A stretch of 64,000 nucleotides of DNA. Origin: Myxococcota bacterium. GTDB taxonomy: Bacteria; Myxococcota_A; Polyangia; Nannocystales; Nannocystaceae. The stretch lies in the NCBI GenBank assembly GCA_039028615.1, contig JBCCHT010000010.1:192001-256000 (forward strand), written 5' to 3'. The number at the start of each line of letters is the position of its first letter. Position 1 is the first letter of the stretch. The position numbers and the translations under genes are program-made. Shown here one piece after another: positions 58,585 through 64,000 of the stretch. The notes under the pieces are model-generated. The model had not been told where the DNA came from, ran no database searches, and saw nothing but the letters and a program-made list of their open reading frames with translations.

Positions 58585-60852
58585 ATGCGCTCGAAACGAT
58601 CGTTGTGCGCAGGCGTAAGCCTGTCTGTGGCGTCCCTGCTCGCGTTCTCGACGCTGTCTGGTTGCAGCAAGCTCGAGGAACTCACCGGAGACAAGGAAGA
58701 CAAGAAAGAAGAAACGGCCAAGTCCGACGGTGACGAAGCGAAGGCCGGTGACGACAAGACGAAGGAGGGCGCCGGAGACTCCAAGAAGGAGGGCGGCGGC
58801 GACGAAGCCACGCCGACTCCGGACGGTGACGCGGCGCCGATCGTCGAGCCCATCCCGGTCGAGCCCCTGCACACCGGGCTGGACCTCATGCTCAAGTTCG
58901 TCCCCAAGGGCTCGGACTTCATGATCGCTCGGGACGCCACGGTGGTGGCCGACTACGTCGCCGAGGGCACCCGCTTCCTCGACGGCCCGCTCGAGAAACT
59001 CAAGACGGGCCCCTTTGCCGAGGAGCGCGATCTGAAGGAAGCCGAGGACGCGTTCGACGAGGTCAAGCTCCACACCGACAAGGTCGTGGCGGCGCTGGAA
59101 GGCTCGGGCATCGACCTGGCCGAGGGCGCGGCGATCATCAAGGGCAAGGGCGGGAAGGACTTCCTGATCTTCCACGCGTCCGACCCCAACGCGCTCATCG
59201 AGCTGGGCAAGAACACGGGCGAGGATGAGATCGCCAAGCTCAAGTGCAAGGCGATCGAGGACGTGCCCGGCTTCAACGTCTGCGCCGACTCGCAGAGCCA
59301 CGTCGATGGCTTCAAGGCTGACGGCGACCCGGCCGCGCTGCGCAAGGACATGGAGGAGAACCTGCCCGGCGTCACCCTCGACGACGCCAACCTGGTGGCC
59401 AGCTTCGAGGATGACGACAAGTCGAAGGGCCAGATGTACATGGCCGTGTCGACCATCCCCGGCCAGATCCACATGGCGGTGACCTCGGCGGGCGACCGCG
59501 ACCTCAACGAGGCCATGGACAAGATGCAGCCCGGGCCGGCCAAGACCCTGGCGCAGGTTCAGCCGGGCGCCGGCTTCATCTGGGCCCGCGTGGACCCCAA
59601 GGAGCTCGCCAAGGAGGCCAAGGACGCCAAGGGCACCCCGGCCGAAGGCGCACTGAAGGCGCTGACCGGCGAGTTCGTGCTCGCGGGTTCGGTCGACCCG
59701 GGTGGTCTCATCCTGCAGATGGGCACCAGCGACACGGCCGTCTTCGAGGGGCTGATCGGGCTGGGCTTCACGCTCGGCAAGGACAGCGTGCCGCCCGAGA
59801 TCCCCGACGTTCCCGGCGCGAAGCTGCTGTTCGAGCAGGTGCCCATCGAGGGCGGCGGCAAGACGGCGCAGGCGCTGCACCTGGGCGTCACCGGCCGGCC
59901 CGAGGCGGACATCCTCAAGAGCTACACCGGGGTGCACCTGGACGGCTGGGTCTTCGCGGCCAACGACGTGGTCACGGTGGCGGTCGGCCCCGACACGGCC
60001 AACGTCGGCAAGCTGCTCGACGTGACCGCGGGCGGTCCCAGCTCCGCCACCCTCGACACCCTGCCGCCGCAGCTGGCCGAGGGCCTGCGTCGCGAAGAGG
60101 TGGGCATGGTCATGCACCTGCCCATGGACTTCCTGCACGGCGAGCAGATGCACACTCTTGTGCGCTCCGCTCTCAAGGACGTCCCCGAGGCGTCGCCCGA
60201 GCACGTGCTGGCGCTGACCTCTCTGGCCGCGCCGCTGTCGAGCACCACCATGTGGATCGCGGCGCCTGGCGGCAAGCCGGTCGTGCACCTGGCGGTGCAG
60301 GGCATCGGTAACCTCGCCACCGACGAGGGCCGGGCGGCTCTCGACGCGGCGCACACCGTGGCCGACGGCGGCAACCCGAAGGACGCGTTCTCGAGCTTGG
60401 CCTCGACCTACGCCTCCTCGCCGATGGCCTGGGCCTACAAGACCCGCGCCGGAACCGAGGGACCGGGCTACATGGTCGGCAGTGGTATCGGGGCCGTGCT
60501 GGCCGCGGCCGCGGTGGCCGTGCCCGTCATCACCGGTCACGTCAACGAGAGCCTCGCCGACGACCTCGGCGTGAAGCCGGAGGATCCGGAGCCCGAGCTC
60601 AAGCCCACCACCGTGCCCAAGCGCCCCGTGGTCGAGCCGAAGAAGCCGGAGCCGACCAAGGACGAGCCGAAGAAGCCGGAGCCGACCAAGGACGAGCCGA
60701 AGAAGCCGGAGCCGACCAAGGACGAGCCGAAGAAGGACGACCCGATCGTCGAGCCCACCAAGCCGAGCCGGCCCTTGCCGCCCACGCCCACGCCGGACCC
60801 CGGCAAGGACGAGCCCAAGCGGAAGCGTAAGTTCGGCAAGCGCGGGGGCTGA
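58585..60852 (+). CDS. Large lipoprotein with an internal hydrophobic helix and K/P/E-rich repetitive C-terminus
   Basis: Lipobox LSGC; globular region of about 550 aa; GIGAVLAAAAVAVPVI; (KKPEPTKDEP)x3; basic end KRKRKFGKRGG. Confidence 0.8.
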   Translation: MRSKRSLCAGVSLSVASLLAFSTLSGCSKLEELTGDKEDKKEETAKSDGDEAKAGDDKTKEGAGDSKKEGGGDEATPTPDGDAAPIVEPIPVEPLHTGLDLMLKFVPKGSDFMIARDATVVADYVAEGTRFLDGPLEKLKTGPFAEERDLKEAEDAFDEVKLHTDKVVAALEGSGIDLAEGAAIIKGKGGKDFLIFHASDPNALIELGKNTGEDEIAKLKCKAIEDVPGFNVCADSQSHVDGFKADGDPAALRKDMEENLPGVTLDDANLVASFEDDDKSKGQMYMAVSTIPGQIHMAVTSAGDRDLNEAMDKMQPGPAKTLAQVQPGAGFIWARVDPKELAKEAKDAKGTPAEGALKALTGEFVLAGSVDPGGLILQMGTSDTAVFEGLIGLGFTLGKDSVPPEIPDVPGAKLLFEQVPIEGGGKTAQALHLGVTGRPEADILKSYTGVHLDGWVFAANDVVTVAVGPDTANVGKLLDVTAGGPSSATLDTLPPQLAEGLRREEVGMVMHLPMDFLHGEQMHTLVRSALKDVPEASPEHVLALTSLAAPLSSTTMWIAAPGGKPVVHLAVQGIGNLATDEGRAALDAAHTVADGGNPKDAFSSLASTYASSPMAWAYKTRAGTEGPGYMVGSGIGAVLAAAAVAVPVITGHVNESLADDLGVKPEDPEPELKPTTVPKRPVVEPKKPEPTKDEPKKPEPTKDEPKKPEPTKDEPKKDDPIVEPTKPSRPLPPTPTPDPGKDEPKRKRKFGKRGG
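60634..60735 (+). repeat. Perfect 30-bp coding tandem repeat, 3.4 copies
   Basis: GAGCCGAAGAAGCCGGAGCCGACCAAGGAC at 60634, 60664 and 60694, partial at 60724. Confidence 0.95.
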
Positions 60853-60876
60853 TCCCCGGACCGCATCGCGGTCACG

Positions 60877-60916
60877 AAAACGCGCCGCTCGGGGATGCCC
60901 GGCGGCGCGTTTTTTG
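60877..60916 (+). terminator. Intrinsic terminator
   Basis: AAAACGCGCCGC...GCGGCGCGTTTTTT hairpin about 25 nt after the stop codon. Confidence 0.85.
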
Positions 60917-61004
60917 TGGCGCGGGTGGGTCCTTCGCCCACCAAAATGCAAAAAAACGCTGCTCCGAGCGAACCAAGAGGGCTCCGACCGCAACGTGGTC
61001 GTCG

Positions 61005-61919
61005 ATGCCTCTTCGCCTGTCTCATGCCTTGCTCGTCTTGGGCTTCGGGACCCTCGGGTGCAGCACGGATGCGCCGCCCGAGGACCCCTGGGGTCCCTTC
61101 GTCAGTGATGCGTCGCGGTTGGCGGCGCTCGCTGCCACCCCCGATCTCGACATCGTCCATCGCGATCTCGCCGTCGTCTGCCCGCCGGGCGCGAATCCGA
61201 GCCATCGGGTGGGGACCTCGACGTGCTCGGTCTCGACGATCGACGACCAGGGGCAGCTGACGCCGCTGGGAGTCGAACAGGTCCTGTTCGCGCAGCGGCT
61301 CGACCTCGAGCACATCCTCGTGGGCACCACCGACCTGGGTCTGCGGCGGCTGGCCAACGACGGCACGTCGCACGCGGTGGCGCAGGGCGTGCTCGATCCT
61401 CGGGTGGCCGACGACCGTCGCCACGTCGCATGGGTCGAGCTGGTCGAGCCGGGCACCGGCTATGAAATGGGCGCGGCCACGCAGATCGTGTTGTGGGATG
61501 CCATCGACGACGAGCGCTGGGTGGTCAGCGACGAGTCGTCCGACAGCTCGCCGATTCCAGTGCCCGAGCAACCCGAGGTGGTGCTGGTGTCACGTCGCTC
61601 CGGGCTGGCGAGCTACTGGCTCGTCGGGCCCGAGCGAGAGCCGCTTCAGCTGACCAACGTCGGTCTCGAGCGGCCGGGCGAGGGCTTCGTGCCCCTGCAC
61701 GCGGGCGAATTCATCTGGCTTCCCGACGGGCGTCATGCCGTGTTCTCGGCGGACTACGGGGAGCCCGAGGTGTGGCTGCTCGATCTGGACGACCCGGGCG
61801 CGCGATGGCTGGGTCCCGGTCGGATGCCGACCTTGCGGCGAGGCGGAGGCGTGCTGGCCGTGGTGGGGCAGGGCGATGCGCTGGAGGTCGTCGAGTACGA
61901 GGCGGAGGTGCTGCCGTGA
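61005..61919 (+). CDS. TolB/PD40-like beta-propeller lipoprotein
   Basis: Lipobox TLGC; DPRVADDRRHVAWV, VVLVSRRSG, QLTN, WLPDGRHAVFS. Confidence 0.7.
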   Translation: MPLRLSHALLVLGFGTLGCSTDAPPEDPWGPFVSDASRLAALAATPDLDIVHRDLAVVCPPGANPSHRVGTSTCSVSTIDDQGQLTPLGVEQVLFAQRLDLEHILVGTTDLGLRRLANDGTSHAVAQGVLDPRVADDRRHVAWVELVEPGTGYEMGAATQIVLWDAIDDERWVVSDESSDSSPIPVPEQPEVVLVSRRSGLASYWLVGPEREPLQLTNVGLERPGEGFVPLHAGEFIWLPDGRHAVFSADYGEPEVWLLDLDDPGARWLGPGRMPTLRRGGGVLAVVGQGDALEVVEYEAEVLP

Positions 61920-63697
61920 GACGCTCGGCTCTTCGCGCGGCGCTGTGTCTCGTCCCGCTGCTGGGCCTGACGGTGAGTGCCCGGCCGGGCGCGACCGAGG
62001 GCGTCGACCGCTTCGCGTGGCCCCTGACCGGCTCGCAGGCGACCGGGGCGGGCTTCGATCACGATCGCGACGAGTGCCCCGAAGGCTCGACGAGCTGCGA
62101 CACGTACATCCAAGACAAGGAGTGCGGCTCCGACGGGGCCTACGACCAGCACACGGGGACCGACGCCTACGCGCCCGCGGGGGATCAGAACATCTACGCG
62201 GCAGCGGCCGGCTACGTGGTCTCGTCGATCGACGAGTATGGCACGGGCAAGCTCGGCTCGACCGACGCGTGGGGCTTCGGCAACAACGTCGTCATCTACC
62301 ACGGCGACGGTCTCGCGAGCCTGTACGGCCACATGAAGCAAGACTCGGGGTTGCCCGCGCTCGGGCAGTGGGTCGAGTGTGGCGAGGCCATCGGTGAGCA
62401 GGGCAGCTCGGGCAACTCTTCGGCGCCGCACCTGCACTTCGACGTCCGAACGGGCGTCACCGTCTCGAGCGGAGACCTGGGCGGGTACTTCACGGGCGCA
62501 CGCGTCGATCCGTTTCTCAGCGAGCAGGACGACGACGACGCCTATTGCGGCGCGAGCGAGTCGATGTGGGTCGAGCACACGGGCGACCTGCCGTCCCGCA
62601 CCTGTGACGACGACGACTACGTCAGCGACGGGTGCCACAGCATGAGCCTGGGCATCGACGTCGACGACGGCACCTGCGTCCAGGTCGATTCCTGTGCCTG
62701 GTGGGCCTGCCTGGGCGGGGCCTGGATCGCGCTACCCGAGGAGGATGGCGTGTCGGTCTGCGAGGCCACCAACTACACCAACGACAGCTGCGACCCGGTG
62801 GATTGCAGCGGCTTCGGCGACGAGGACACCTGTGCGGCGTGGGCGGGCAGCTGCGCGTGGTCCTGCGAAGAGGAGGCGTGCCTGTCCGCCGACGACGTCG
62901 ACGAAGGCGACTGCATGTCGATGCCGGCCACCTGCGACGACGAAGAACAAAACGGCGACGAGACCGGGGTCGACTGTGGCGGGCCCGACTGTGCGGGCTG
63001 CGATGGCGACCCGTGCCGCGACGACGACGACTGTGTCGGTGGCTCGTGCTCGGGTGGCCTCTGTCAGGACCCGCCCGCCGCGTGCGACGACGGGGTACAA
63101 AACGGCAGCGAGACCGGCATCGATTGCGGAGGGGATTGCCTCGCCTGCGACGGCGAGCCCTGCCGCGACGACCGGGACTGCATCACCGGGCAGTGCGGCG
63201 GCGACATGCTGTGCGAGACGCCCTTCGACTGCCACACCTACGACGGCGACGCGGAGTCCTGCGGCTTCGCGACGGGCTGCGTCTATCACGAGTGCGCCGA
63301 CTCGTGCTCGCCCAACACCGAGACCGCGTGCGCGGCCGGCTGCCTCGATCAGTGCGGGACCCAGGGCTGCGTCCGCGGATCGCTGACCTACTTCAACTGG
63401 AACGACTGCATCACGGGCACGGCCAGCGGTATCGCCGAGCTTTATCGCGAGCAGCCCGGCGGGGGCTATGTGCTCGACGGCATGGTCGGCATCAACGGCG
63501 ACGGTAGCTTTTGCGCCGACCTCGACGTCGGCGTCTCGTACTACTTGTCGCAATCGGACATGTACAGCGAGACCTGCGGCTACTACACGACCTGCACCCA
63601 CTTCATGGAGGTGGGCGCCACGGGGATCGACGGGGTTTGTGCGGACGCCTCGACCTGCGAAGATCTGGGGGACATCGACTTCGATTGCGGAAGCTGA
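61916..63697 (+). CDS. Secreted M23 peptidase with long Cys/Asp-rich repeat tail
   Basis: Signal peptide; YDQHTGTD, GFGNNVVI.H, YGHM, GNSSAPHLHF; CDD..QNG.ETG.DCGG x2; GTGA overlap with the upstream gene. Confidence 0.88.
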   Translation: MRRSALRAALCLVPLLGLTVSARPGATEGVDRFAWPLTGSQATGAGFDHDRDECPEGSTSCDTYIQDKECGSDGAYDQHTGTDAYAPAGDQNIYAAAAGYVVSSIDEYGTGKLGSTDAWGFGNNVVIYHGDGLASLYGHMKQDSGLPALGQWVECGEAIGEQGSSGNSSAPHLHFDVRTGVTVSSGDLGGYFTGARVDPFLSEQDDDDAYCGASESMWVEHTGDLPSRTCDDDDYVSDGCHSMSLGIDVDDGTCVQVDSCAWWACLGGAWIALPEEDGVSVCEATNYTNDSCDPVDCSGFGDEDTCAAWAGSCAWSCEEEACLSADDVDEGDCMSMPATCDDEEQNGDETGVDCGGPDCAGCDGDPCRDDDDCVGGSCSGGLCQDPPAACDDGVQNGSETGIDCGGDCLACDGEPCRDDRDCITGQCGGDMLCETPFDCHTYDGDAESCGFATGCVYHECADSCSPNTETACAAGCLDQCGTQGCVRGSLTYFNWNDCITGTASGIAELYREQPGGGYVLDGMVGINGDGSFCADLDVGVSYYLSQSDMYSETCGYYTTCTHFMEVGATGIDGVCADASTCEDLGDIDFDCGS

Positions 63698-63701
63698 ACC
63701 C

Positions 63702-64000
63702 ATGACCCTCGCCCCGCCTCGCCCCAAAGTGGCCTACTTCACCGCCGGAACGGTGGGGGCGGGGCACATGGTGCGGGGCGAAGCCATCTACCGTGGGTTG
63801 CAGCGGGCCGGCTTTGCGGGGGAGTACCGTGTGTTCGCCCCGCCCACCGATTTCGACGGCATCGGCCGGGCGCCGCGGACTTCGGTGGCGGTCAAGGCCG
63901 ACCCTCTGCTCGCCGATCCATCTCGGGTTCGCGACTCGGCGCTGGGCCGAGCGCTGCGAACATGGGCCCCCGACCTGTTGATCGTCGACATGTTCTGGGC
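63702..64000 (+). CDS. Probable GT-B glycosyltransferase, N-terminal part (runs off the window)
   Basis: Manual translation MTLAPPRPKVAYFTAGTVGAGHMVRGEAI...WAPDLLIVDMFW shows GxGH..R and PDLLIVD motifs. Confidence 0.65.
   Translation, partial: MTLAPPRPKVAYFTAGTVGAGHMVRGEAIYRGLQRAGFAGEYRVFAPPTDFDGIGRAPRTSVAVKADPLLADPSRVRDSALGRALRTWAPDLLIVDMFW

Noticed and set aside
60634..60735. 30-bp direct repeats as a possible CRISPR array
   Set aside because: Head-to-tail with no spacers, in frame within a CDS, and no cas genes.
58309..60993. Very long antisense or alternative-frame ORFs (also 235-1548, 2871-4460, 11156-13330, 23765-25555, 40662-42815, 55652-57667)
   Set aside because: Shadows of real genes: stop codons are scarce at high GC3, and the translations are R/G/V/A-rich with no motifs.

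Overview
Densely coding, very GC-rich (about 70% by eye) chromosomal segment with about 60 genes. The gene content points to a myxobacterium, probably Nannocystaceae-like (inference): about 20 lipoproteins with acidic S/T/G linkers, two Ser/Thr kinases, two paralogous ECF sigma factors, a MYXO-CTERM protein, a REC-DUF4388 regulator and RCC1-repeat proteins. Housekeeping anchors are cysS, gloB, an RluA/RluD-family pseudouridine synthase and greA. No rRNA, tRNA, CRISPR array, integrase or transposase is visible. The most unusual element is a tightly coupled two-gene unit at 22062-25525. It encodes a eukaryote-type squalene epoxidase behind a full-length squalene-hopene cyclase (SHC) homologue whose catalytic DXDD motif reads DVQS and whose cation-stabilising aromatics are largely lost, so it is a candidate pseudo-cyclase partner of the epoxidase or a new kind of oxidosqualene-converting enzyme. 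Other notable items are several more apparently inactive enzyme domains, a repeated leaderless-promoter signature, clear MarR and TetR operator palindromes, a prion-like response-regulator linker, one frameshifted gene and an abrupt codon-usage break inside an Hsp70-family gene. All family assignments come from motif recognition by eye, with no database searches.
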